Position numbers and translations under genes: made by a program. Source: Macrostomum lignano (taxonomy: Eukaryota). Taken from it: DNA of 64,000 nucleotides. The notes beneath the pieces were generated by a model. It saw only the letters and a list, made by a program, of their open reading frames with translations. It was not told the origin of the DNA and did not search any database. The DNA lies in NCBI GenBank assembly GCA_002269645.1, contig NIVC01003354.1:1-64000 (forward strand), in the 5' to 3' direction. This document shows positions 38,170-50,000 of the stretch, in pieces. Each line of letters starts with the position of its first letter. Position 1 is the first letter of the stretch.

Positions 38170-40470
38170 TCTTCCCTTTCAGACCCTAACCCTCTCCTCC
38201 TATTTAGACCCCACCCTCTCTTTTCCTTCAAACTCCACCCTCTTTTCCCCTTCAGACCCCACCCTCTCCTCCCCTTCAGATCAGACCCTACCCTCTTCTC
38301 CCCTTCAGACCCCACCCTCTCCTCCCTTTCAGACCCTACCCTCTTCTCCCCTTCAGACCCCACCCTCTCCTCCCTTTCAGACCCTACCCTCTTCTCCCCT
38401 TCAGACCCCACCCTCTCCTCCCCTTCAGACCCTACCCTCTTCTCCCCTTCAGACCCCAGCCTCTCCTCCCCTTCAGACCCCACCCTCTCCTCCCCTTCAA
38501 ACCCTCTCCCCCTTCAGATCCCACTCTCTCTTCCCCTTCAGACCCCAGCCTCTCCTCCCCTTCAGACCCCACCCTCTCCTCCCCTTCAAACCTTCTCCTC
38601 CCCTTCAGATCCCACCCTCTTCTTCCCTTCAGACCCCACCCTCTCTTCTCCTTCAAACCCTCTCCTCCCCTTCAGACCCCACCCTCTCTTCCCCTTCAGA
38701 CCCTACCCTCTTCTCCTTCAAACCCTCTCCTCCCCTTCAGACCCCACCCTCTCCTCCCCTTCAGACCCCACCCTCTCCTTCCCTTCAGACCCCACCCTCT
38801 CCTCCCCTTCAGACCCCACCCTCTCCTCCCCTTCAAACCCTCTCCCCCTCTTCAGATCCCACTCTCTCTTCCCCTTCAGACCCCAGCCTCTCCTCCCCTT
38901 CAGACCCCACCCTCTCCTCCCCTTCAAACCTTCTCCTCCCCTTCAAACCTTCTCCTCCCGTTCAGACCCCACCCTCTTCTCCCCTTCAGACCCCAGCCTC
39001 TCCTCCCCTTCAGATCCCACCCTCTTCTTCCCTTCAGACCCCACCCTCTCCTCCCCTTCAGACCCCGCCCTATCCTCCCCTTTCAGACCCCAGCCTCTTC
39101 CTCTTCAGGCCCCACCCTCGTCTTCCCTTCAGACCCCAACTTCTCCTCCCCTTCAAACCCTCTCCTCCCCTTCAGACCCCACCCTCTCCTCCCCTTCAGA
39201 CCCCAGCCTCTCCTCCCCTTCAAACCCTCTCCTCCCCTTCAAACCCTCTCCCCCCTTCAGATCCCACTCTCTCTTCCCCTTCAGACCCAAGCCTCTCCTC
39301 CCCTTCAGACCCCACCCTCTCCTCCCCTTCAAACCTTCTCCTCCCCTTCAGATCCCACCCTTTTCTTCCCTTCAGACCCCACCCTCTCTTCTCCTTCAAA
39401 CCCTCTCCTCCCCTTCAGACCCCCCCCTCTCTTCCCCTTCAGACCCTACCCTCTTCTCCTTCAAACCCTCTCCTCCCCTTCAGACCCCACCCTCTCCTCC
39501 CCTTCAGACCCCACCCTCTCCTTCCCTTCAGACCCCACCCTCTCCTCCCCTTCAGACCCCACCCTCTCCTCCCCTTCAAACCCTCTCCCCTCTTCAGATC
39601 CCACTCTCTCTTCCCCTTCAGACCCCAGCCTCTCCTCCCCTTCAGACCCCACCCTCTCCTCCCCTTCAAACCTTCTCCTCCCCTTCAAACCTTCTCCTCC
39701 CCTTCAGACCCCACCCTCTTCTCCCCTTCAGACCCCAGCCTCTCCTCCCCTTCAGATCCCACCCTCTTCTTCCCTTCAGACCCCACCCTCTCCTCCCCTT
39801 CAGACCACGCCCTATCCTCCCCTTTCAGACCCCAGCCTCTTCCTCTTCAGGCCCCACCCTCGTCTTCCCTTCAGACCCCAACTTCTCCTCCCCTTCAAAC
39901 CCTCTCCTCCCCTTCAGACCCCACCCTCTCCTCCCCTTCAGACCCCAGCCTCTCCTCCCCTTCAAACCTTCTCCTCCCCTTCAGATCCCACCCTCTTCTT
40001 CCCTTCAGACCCCACCCTCTCCTCCCCTTCAGACCCCGCCCTATCCTCCCCTTTCAGACCCCAGCCTCTTCCTCTTCAGGCCCCACCCTCGTCTTCCCTT
40101 CAGACCCCAACTTCTCCTCCCCTTCAAACCCTCTCCTCCCCTTCAGACCCCACCCTCTCTTCCCCTTCAGACCCTACCCTCTTCTCCTTCAAACCCTCTC
40201 CTTCCCTTCAGACCCCACCCTCTCCTCCCCTTCAGACCCCACCCTCTCCTCCCCTTCAAACCCTCTCCCCCCCCTTCAGATCCCACTCTCTCTTCCCCTT
40301 CAGACCCCAGCCTCTCCTCCCCTTCAGACCCCACCCTCTCCTCCCCTTCAAACCTTCTCCTCCCCTTCAGACCCCACCCTCTCCTCCCCTTCAAACCTTC
40401 TCCTCCCCTTCAGACCCCACCCTCTTCTCCCCTTCAGACCCCAGCCTCTTCTCCCCTTCAGACCCTACCC
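38170..40470. repeat. Pyrimidine-rich minisatellite, about 24-bp unit cccttcagaccccaccctctcctc, with block duplications
   Basis: Almost G-free plus strand. It explains the Pro/Ser/Leu-rich 833 and 894 aa ORFs. Confidence 0.93.
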
Positions 40471-40574
40471 TTTTCTCCTTTCCAGTCTCACCTTGTAGCC
40501 CTGCTAATTCAACTTTAACTATACTCGTACTTTTCAGAAGAAGTGATGAAGAATTTCTCTCCTTTTTCTCTTCA

Positions 40575-41465
40575 GAATGTCCTCGCACCGGTCTTGTGGT
40601 CATTCTACGTGCCGTAGCGACTGGTCGCAGCAACCATAGCTCTCTACCAGGAGACCCTTGCCGCCGTAGTGGCACCTGACGTACTGTCCGACCTGTTCAA
40701 CACGACCTCGGGATGCTGCAAGGCGACACGCTTGCGGCCTACCTTTTCGTGTTGGTGCTCGATGGGGTGCTACGGAGGGCCCTGCCAACAGATGAGGACA
40801 GCTTCCGCTGTCGCTCCTGGGTTACGCCGACGGCCTGGCGCTGCTTGCCTCTTCGGCTGAGGGAGCCCAGCGCATGCTAGACAGCCTTGTGGCAGCTGCG
40901 GCATCGGTCGGGCTAGCGGTGAACATCGAGAAGACGCAGGTGATGTGTGTACCTGCGGAGCTGCCAGGATCAAAATCACCTGCTGGGACGCCCGACGATC
41001 GTGCAGCGGCTCTACCTCGCTGCACGCGCTTCACGTACCTAGACAGTCTTGTGCCCAGTGTCCAGGAGGACTTGGCGCGACGCAGGGGCCTGGCCTGGGT
41101 TGCCTTCCGCTCCATCCGAGTTGTCCTGTAGGACGCCGCGCTGCCAGACTGCTGCGATCACCTAGCGAGAACCTCCGCAGGCAAAGACTTCAACTGGCGG
41201 GCCACACCATTCGGCGGAGGCTTACTGTTCTCAACCAGTGCAGGACGTCCTGCTACTCACGATGCAGGGCCCCTGGCCGCGAGGCTACGGCCGGGCGAGC
41301 CGCTACGCGGATTGCCTGCTGGATGGCGCTGGGGTGATCGGCCAGGAATGCTGTTGCCGCCTTCAGAGAGCTCGCACCGAGAAAACTGATCTGACACCGC
41401 CTCCATTGTGAACTGTACTCTGTTGAGTCCCCGGCGGTTTGCCTTGTTGTTGTTGTTGATGGTGC
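40575..41465 (+). mobile_element. 5'-truncated, frameshifted RTE-like non-LTR retrotransposon
   Basis: Fragments (V)LQGDTLAAYLFVLVLDGVLRR, MLDSLVAAAASVGLAVNIEKTQVM, FTYL and RRQRLQLAGH, followed by a (TTG)n tail near 41445-41460. Confidence 0.8.
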
Positions 41466-42434
41466 ATATCGCGTACTCACGATTCAAAAGTTTATGCTTC
41501 TTACTGTTTCACTGATTTAATTCCGAACCTACCAAGCCAACTATTTACTTTTAATTCCGTGTACTTTTCTTGTGTTTTAATTTTTACCGTTTGGTGTCAA
41601 AGCTATTTATTGCGTGTAATATTGTCGCAAAATATTACGCGGCAGTAGCTAAATACTGGGTGTCCGCTGTTCTGCATTACAACTATATAGTACTTCCGCA
41701 TGTACTGACGTAACATTGCGCCAATAATTTTACATTGCGTGGCGCCGAAACCAATCTGCTGTTGAATGCTACTAGCATAATAGCCGTTTGAATCTCTTGA
41801 AATACATTGAAATGCCATGCTGTAGTATTGCTTTTGACGATCCAAACGAGACTGGCCAGACTCCTCACTGATCCATATGCTTCTCAAGCAAGGTATATAT
41901 GGAAAGCATGTATACCTTGGATCACTCATACGAGCTAGAACCAAGGAATGTAGGTCTAACATTTCAATAAAAGTTCTTGATATAATGGAATGCAATAAAT
42001 GCCAACCGGGGTCATTTTTTTACTTCCACTTTCCCCGAGTTTGACCACTTTTTCTGCTACAGGCGTAAGCTAAACCAACGCAAAATACTAGCCTGAATAA
42101 AAAACAACTCACTTCACAACCTTCACCTTAATCTTTCTTTCTGCCACTGCTGTGTCTTGCAATACTCATAAAAATCCTGTGACTTCGCTTCACAGGTGTT
42201 GCTTGAGAAACATATGGCGTCCAAATTGAATTTGCGCAAGTCTCTTACATCGTCAAAAGCAATACGTCTGGTACCAATTATTTGTGCCGATCAAGCTTCC
42301 TAGAGAATGCTTTGTTGATAACTGCATGTCCCTGTCTTGAAGCTTGCACGCTGTGTTTAACCATTATTTTGTCGGTGTACAACGTGCAACTGATCAGACG
42401 AATAGGTGGTAAATTCCTTAAAATCCTGATAGAG

Positions 42435-42690
42435 GCGGAGCTGTTGGGGAAGAGGCGGCAAGCAGCGGAACTGTTGGGGGGGAGAGGCGGTAGACAGCGG
42501 AACTGTTGGGGGGGGAGAGGCGGTAGACAGCGGAACTGTTGGGGGAGCCGCGGTGGGCAGCGGAACTGTTGGGGGGAGAGGTGATAGACAGCAGAACTGT
42601 TGGGGGAGCCGCGGTGGGCAGCGGAACTGTTGGGGGGAGAGGTGGTAGACAGCGGAACTGTTGGGGGAGCCGCGGTGGGCAGCGGAACTC
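42435..42690. repeat. G-rich minisatellite of about 31 bp (cagcggaactgttgggggg...)
   Basis: About 8 copies alternating agaggcggtagacag and agccgcggtgggcag. Confidence 0.85.
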
Positions 42691-43399
42691 TCCGCTGGAC
42701 GGACGGACTGTGCGCAGCACAGTCCCTGTCTCTACTGCCGCCGCCGCCTCTCAATAAATGTAAAATAGGAGTGTTATAGTTCATTTATTAATGCTCCTTG
42801 ACCTGCAAAAATTATACGGTTGCTAGGCAGTGTCGTAACACAGGACATGCGTTTTTCTGTAAAGTAATAATAACCCCACCATTAATATAGACAGTTGGTC
42901 GTGTAAACGAATGATTTGAAAGTTTAGTCTATGTTTTACAAAATGTCTCTATGAAAACTCATCTTCCTACTGACAGTAGAGTTTGCAAAAATCAGTTCTT
43001 GGAAGAATGCGACATTTTCGTGAAAATATTTAAACTGCTATATTGGGCCTATGACAGATTTTTATTGAGAAACTATCGTCATTTCCACAGAGAAAGATAA
43101 ACATGTGAAGCTTTCGTGAAGATTACATCTTCATACTACGGGTGTCAAATTTTCCTGTATTTGACTGAACGTACGTGCATTTAGTCATAGTCGGGGAAGT
43201 GCTTCAACCATTTCTCAGGTTTAAATCGGCTGCCGCTTGCATATGTACATCACATGTAAATGAACATGTGGTAAATCTGATGAGGAACTATGCACACATG
43301 CGCGAGTTGCCCCGGAAAGAGCTGAGATTGATAGATAATGAAAAATCAGTAGGAAAGAGAATGAGGCTGCGTGACCACCCACCCCATTATCCTGTCTTT

Positions 43400-44430
43400 C
43401 CGTTGCATGGCAGCACGTAATTAAATGTGTCAAGTGTACAATTGATTCAATCGATTACTCGTTTATACGCAAAGCATCGAGAGAGTTTTTAATTGCATCC
43501 AAACTTTCTGACTAATGCCTTCGTGTGTTCCAAAGAAGGAGACACTGATTCATGGGGTGTGTACATTGACAAATGCAGTTGCAAGTTGCGTGCAAGTTTG
43601 TTGACAAAAAGCAGAGCGGAACAAAGATTGTCTACGTGATTGACACTTCGGGCCAGGCGGGCTGTGTCAACGTTACTCGAATTCGCCGAGGCGGCGTTGG
43701 AATAAGTGATCCAAAAGCCGGTTTGCATCGCCAACTATTCGTCTTTTATGGGCGGCGTAGATCGCCTGGACAGTGGACTCCAGCCGTACCATCCGAACAG
43801 GAAGACGCAGAAAGGTTTCAGAAGCTCGGTTTTCACATCATCCTCCTTCTAGTTCGCAATGCTTGGATCGTTTATCAGAATGCTGGAGGAACAAAGAGCT
43901 TCCTCAGCTTCCTGGAAGTTGCGATCAAGAATTTGATTGAACAATCTGGGCCAGGCAGACGTTGCGTTTCGGTTCGGGTCGGTCGAGCACCCGCCGCAGC
44001 CGGGCACATTCCAAGCAAGTCGGGCCAGGTTGTTGGGCAAAATCGACCGAGGCGTCGATGCCGACAGTGTCAAAAGAAGACAGTGTACGTCTGCTCGCAG
44101 TGTCCTGGCGTCCCACCATACTGTGTCTTGTGAACTGCTTTGGCACGTGGCACAATAATTAAAGAACCATTATCATCTTCTAAGGTGTTGGAAAGCTTTG
44201 AATGCTTTTGAAATTTGAATAAAACTTTCCCGCTATGTTTGCTGGTTTGTTACTGTTGTTACTGTTAATACGAGCCATCTTTGAAAGGTTTGTTTGCTTT
44301 ACTTCTATTATTGGTCGAGTTCGACCCATAGCCGACTGGAACGGTGGGAAGATCGAGAATTTGTGCGCTGGCCATAGATAGTTGTAAGTGGTCAAAAACG
44401 ACCTTCCCGACTTCTTAAGGTTTTAACCTT
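43400..44430 (+). mobile_element. piggyBac-like transposon remnant (transposase C-terminus and probable right end)
   Basis: KLGFHIILLLVRNAWIVY, FLSFLEVAIKNLI, and the Cys-rich tail RPRRRCRQCQKKTVYVCSQCPGVP..(frameshift)..NCFGTWH. Right end ggtcaaaaacgacc...aaggttttaa near 44390-44428. The left end may lie near 42000. Confidence 0.75.
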
Positions 44431-44756
44431 AGTAGTAGTCCAGCTGCATTATTACCTTAAATTACCCTTACGACCTGCTAACTGCAGCTTTCTGTTTTGT
44501 ATCCATGCAGCACTACTAGCCTTCTACTCACTAGCCTGCATGTTTAAATGATTAATAAAATCAAAGTAGGACTACTGGGTTATGATTTTCACGTGACAAG
44601 TATCTAAGCTGCAGATACTACTACTCGAGAATGAATGATTGAATTTCTAGTTATTACAAAGCGGGATCGGGATCCGGATGGTCTATCCCGGGATTTTTTA
44701 ATCCCGGACAATTGTGATCGCAGGATTGTATCCCTACGACATGCATGATCATGCTA

Positions 44757-45014
44757 GCTATTGCGCAGCGCATCTGATTACGGCTGTTCAGTCCAAGGAC
44801 TGGAAGGTCGCCACACACTACCCTCAATTACATGATGTATCCCAGCTAATGTCGGCACCCATTTTACAGCTGGGTGAACTTAAGCAATGTGGAGTTAAGT
44901 GACTTGCTCAATGACACAAATTGTTCCAGTGGGATCGGGAATCGAACCCCCGGACCTTCAAGTCGTGAGTTCAACGTACGCTGCTCTAGCCACTAGCATA
45001 GCTAGGCTACAACC
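44757..45014 (-). mobile_element. tRNA-derived CORE-SINE, older copy
   Basis: Collinear with 60400-60672. B-box ggttcgattcc is retained, with small insertions relative to the other copy. Confidence 0.8.
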
Positions 45015-45239
45015 CACCTCTACGAATCGGTAAATTCTATAGGCCTAGTCCGAAAAGCCACGAATTGTATCCTGCGTATTCATGTACATGATGTAGTACA
45101 TCTAGGTCTTTGTTCCAAGCGTAGGAGTTGCTAGTACCTAATGTATATAGCTCGCAGACTTACACTGTGTACAAGTACATGTACCTTATCGATTATAGGC
45201 AGTCTATGTAGCGCAATCTCAATTTCAATGTTTTTTTCA

Positions 45240-45480
45240 GACAGGTTTTTCTTTCGAAGAAATTTCTCGAACCCGATCAACGCGAGTCTTAGTATTTGCT
45301 AAGGATTTCGACTTTTGACGACTGTACAAGCCGTTTTATTTTCTCTACTTTTTGTGTACTACATCTATAATTCGTGATAAGAATCTTCCAGATTTCGCAG
45401 CTGGCCGCCATGAAAGTTTCAACGTCTGAGGTCCAGGATTGGCAATCCCGACCACTGATCGACAGACATCTTTGCATTCA
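45240..45480 (-). pseudogene. Possible DNA-transposase C-terminal remnant
   Basis: SWTSDVETFMAA...ILITN...KIKRL...EILSKY resembles the W-x-D..V-x-ND-x-AER..ILTK-x-E tail of an invertebrate transposase family. Weak, by eye only. Confidence 0.3.
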
Positions 45481-46454
45481 TACATTGCATTGCATTACAT
45501 TGTAATATTATCACCGTTGACGATTCTTTGCAATTGCAAATTGATCATGATTGTTTAATTACATGTATATTTCTACATATTCTAGCTCTTTATTACTTCA
45601 GGAATCTCATGCAGCTTATAAAAATATAGTTTAAAAAAGCCTCGGTTATTCCAGACTCGGTGCCGGGCAGGAATGATTTTGAACGGGAATGAATTCCGTG
45701 CCCGCTATAGCTTCTTCTATATATACATGTACATGCAAATAGTTTATGCCTTGGCTCCCTCAAAATGCTGTCAACACAGCTTTCAGTGGGGGGGGGGTAG
45801 TGCCGTGACCTGGGCTGCATGAAAAACACCTATGCAACCCTCGTGGTGCTCTCTCGTGGTGCATATCCTACACGGGACTTGTTGAATTCGGCTCATACTC
45901 GGTGATCTTCCACTCTGTTCTTCAGCTTCTATTCTATGTCCTGCGACAGGCACTCTCACTACTAACAATTAATACCAGGACTCATGGTAAAATAACCAAA
46001 CAGACAGAAGGAACAAAGAGTTGAATGGCTAATGCCCACCATTTTTCCTGCTGCTAAACAAAGTAATTTATTTCGTAATATAATTTTTGTGCTAGTGAGT
46101 TATTTTAATTGCTTGGCAATGCAACAGTTCCTAGTTTTTAGGCTATGCATTTCTTTTTATAAGTGCAAAGGATTTGAAGATGGAAACATCAGAAAGTAGG
46201 CGCATTATTTTCAAGACACACTAGGGCAACGTACTGGTATGATATAAGAAATATTGGAAAATAATTTATAGTCCAATATCAAACTACTTTACTTTTATCG
46301 ATAACTCGTAGCATTGAGCATTAGTTTACTAATTAGTATATTGTAAAGAGGAAATGCAAAGCAGTAAACAGTGTGAACATTTGATGGAAATCCGTCTGGC
46401 CAGCCGCTCCAGTGACCGAGAGCCGCTGCTTGTTTATGGCTGTAAAGCCCGGTT

Positions 46455-47130
46455 TCATTTCCCTACACTCCCCACGTTTCTGGAAATCCCCTAAACTCCC
46501 CACGTTTCTGGAAAGCCCCTACACTCGCCACGTTTCTGGAAATCCCCTAAACTCCCCACGTTTCTGGAAATCCCCTACACTCGCCACGTTTCTGGAAATC
46601 CCCTACACTCCCCACGTTTCTGGAAAGCCCCTACACTCCCCACGTTTCTGGAAAGCCCCTACACTCGCCACGTTTCTGGAAATCCCCTACACTCCCCACG
46701 TTTCTGGAAATCCCCTACACTCCCCACGTTTCTGGAAATCCGCTACACTCCCCACGTTTCTGGAAATCCGCTACACTCCCCACGTTTCTGGAAAGCCCCT
46801 ACACTCCCCACGTTTCTGGAAATCCGCTACACTCCCCACGTTTCTGGAAATCCCCTACACTCCCCACGTTTCTGGAAAGCCCCTACACTCGCCACGTTTC
46901 TGGAAATCCCCTACACTCCCCACGTTTCTGGAAAGCCCCTACACTCCCCACGTTTCTGGAAAGCCCCTACACTCGCCACGTTTCTGGAAATCCCCTACAC
47001 TCCCCACGTTTCTGGAAAGCCCCTACACTCCCCACGTTTCTGGAAAGCCCCTACACTCGCCACGTTTCTGGAAATCCCCTACACTCCCCACGTTTCTGGA
47101 ATCCCCTACACTCCCCACGTTTCTGGAAAT
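46455..47130. repeat. Minisatellite, 28-bp unit cgtttctggaaa(t/g)cccctacactc(c/g)cca
   Basis: About 24 copies. A 90-bp segment is duplicated on either side (46373-46467 and 47334-47430). Confidence 0.92.
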
Positions 47131-47296
47131 CCTCTACCCTTCCCGTGCATTCATGGAGTTAATTATACAAGCGGATTATTTGGAAGCGGAAAGGCAAAAC
47201 ACTAAAACAATATAAACAGTATTGAAAACATGATCTTAAACGTATGCTACTTGTTCCTCGAAACCATAACGAATTCAATATTTTCTCTCTCTTCTA

Positions 47297-47428
<132 letters not shown>

Positions 47429-47831
47429 CTAAACAAGATTGGGAATGGAGATTCAAATCTCGACTTGAAATCTTCGATTTTCAAAAAAATGTTTGGACAT
47501 GTTGAGCCAATATCGACAATATTAACTGACAAGTGCACTGAAGGTCTAAGTTGAGTAAAACAATCACAATCGAAAAACACTCACTGAACTTGTCGCGCAG
47601 CATTAGCCGTACGTCTTCACGGAGGCATAGTGTGGTTTTTTCCACAACTTTTTCTTTCTTGTTGAAGTATTGCTGCGAAAGAAATATATGCACATGTCTA
47701 GATTTCATGACTTGAAAAAACAATTTAAATTAAAAGGGCATTCCAGATGACATGATTCAGTTACTAGTAACTAAAATGTCAAAAATGCAGAAGAGATAAA
47801 AATAAAAGTATGCTTCCCTAAAAATATTTCA

Positions 47832-48086
<255 letters not shown>

Positions 48087-48311
48087 TTAAACCTGCCATT
48101 TGGGACTGCTACGATCAATAAAACTACGCAAATCTCAATTATTGACCTTTATTCAATAGTGTACTACTAGGAGTTCCAGGAACGTGGTTGCGCCTCAAAA
48201 ATAGACTCCAGGTCGTGAGCTGTTTGTCCGACATTTACTGAAAAAATATGCATAAAAATGATTTCCCGGCATTTAGACCCTCAGATTCTTGAAATTCACC
48301 TACACCAACAG

Positions 48312-48425
48312 CATACATGTGCAACCTTGGAAATCACCCCGCCGTTTCTATTGGCAACACACACATGTAAGTCGCTATTGGCTGAGAGCAATCACGTGGC
48401 TACTATTCCGTCCAATGGAACTTAC
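48312..48425. mobile_element. Truncated copy of the 3691-3860 MITE
   Basis: catacatgtgcaaccttggaaatcac...ctattggcaacacacacatgtaagtcgctattggctgagagc is near-identical to the first copy. Confidence 0.8.
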
Positions 48426-48454
48426 CACGTTCTGAAACTACCCGACTGCCCACA

Positions 48455-48850
48455 TTCTGGAACTTCCCCACCCCTCACATTCTGGAACTTCCCCACCCAT
48501 CGCATTCTGAAACTTCCCCACCCCTCACGGCCTCACATTCTGGAACTTCCCCACCCCTCACATTCTGGAACTTCCCCACCCCTCACATTCTGGAACTTCC
48601 CCACCCCTCACATTCTGGAACTTCCCCACCCCTCACATTCTGGAACTTACCCCACCCCTCACATTCTGGAACTTCCCCACCCCTCACATTCTGGAACTTC
48701 CCCACCCATTGCATTCTGGAACTTCCCCACCCCTCACATTCTGGAACTTCCCCGCCCATTGCATTCTGGAACTTCCCCACCCCTCACATTCTGGAACTTC
48801 TCCACTTTCCATATTCTGGAACTTCCCCATTTCCCACATTCTAGAACTTC
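48455..48850. repeat. Minisatellite, 25-bp unit cattctggaacttccccacccctca
   Basis: About 15 copies directly after the truncated MITE. Confidence 0.9.
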
Positions 48851-49569
48851 TTAGTGCCTAGTGATAATCTAGCAGTACGAGCTTATAATATTTTAAGTAT
48901 TATAAACCAAAACTTGTTATTTTATAGAAAAAGGTAGGAATTAAAAAAATAGGCCTAGGCAATAAAAAATAATTAAACAATAATTTAATGTTTTTTAAAG
49001 TTATATTTAAATCAAATAAAAAAAAGAAAGAAGTGTTATATAAAGCTAGAATTAAAACTTATAGGTCTTTTGATAGGCTTAAAATTAAACCAAATTTGAA
49101 AAAATAAAAAATAGATTTTAGCTGCTTAACTTGTTTAATTAAACAAATCAAAATTAGCTTTAAATTATATTAGGCCTAACTTAGATTAGATTTATAACCT
49201 TTGTGTACCAAAGAGGCTTCTTAGCTAGAATATTTTTATAATAGGCCTTATAAATATATATAATATTAATAATCATACAAAATTGGCCTAAAATATAAAT
49301 TTAAAATTATCAATGATATAAGCCCAACTGCAATAAATTTTCATTTATTTATATTAAAATAGGCTTTGTTTATTGATAAATCACTTTCCTGGAAATATCA
49401 CATTGTTAAATTATATTTGTTTTAATATATGAATATTAAAAATATCATGCATATTTTATATATTTTATATATTGTCATTTTGTTTTAAATTAAATAGCAA
49501 AGGAAATTTTAGCATAAATAGGAGACAGCTAAAGATTAAACCAAATAAATTGTGATAAGTTTCCTTGTC

Positions 49570-50000
49570 TTATTCCTTTCTTTCCTTGCCTTTGAGCTTT
49601 AAAAGTTAGAAATGGAACTCAATCAGCCTCAGGGCTTATATCTGCTCATGCTACTTATTTCAAGTAGTAGGTAAGCCTAGTGATTTAGAAGTAGCCCCAA
49701 GATTGGAAGAATTTAATCCATTCCTAGAAAACAAGGTATCTAGATTTAGAATCTAAGAAATTGCCTTTAGGAGGCAGAAATCCTATTATAGGGTAGGCCT
49801 AGAGTAATCCTAGGGTCTAAGAAACCCACCTTAGGGTAGAATACCTAGCAAATAAGCTGTGACCTTCTGATCTTGGGAACACCCAGGACTGAGAGAATAA
49901 AATTCTTTAGAGGAGTATAAGGATAGACAATACCATAAGACCACTCAGGCCAAAAATATAGTATAGGCCTATGTACATACACTACTAGTAGATACATAGA
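49570..50000 (+). mobile_element. AT-shifted copy of the 7290-7740 LTR-like sequence
   Basis: Alignable blocks such as gctgtgacc(c/t)tctgatc..gggaac(g/a)cccaggactgagagaataa. Confidence 0.7.

Noticed and set aside
37814-40518. Pro/Ser/Leu-rich 833 and 894 aa ORFs
   Set aside because: A pyrimidine-rich strand rarely contains stop codons. Overlapping frames are equally open and unit lengths vary freely.
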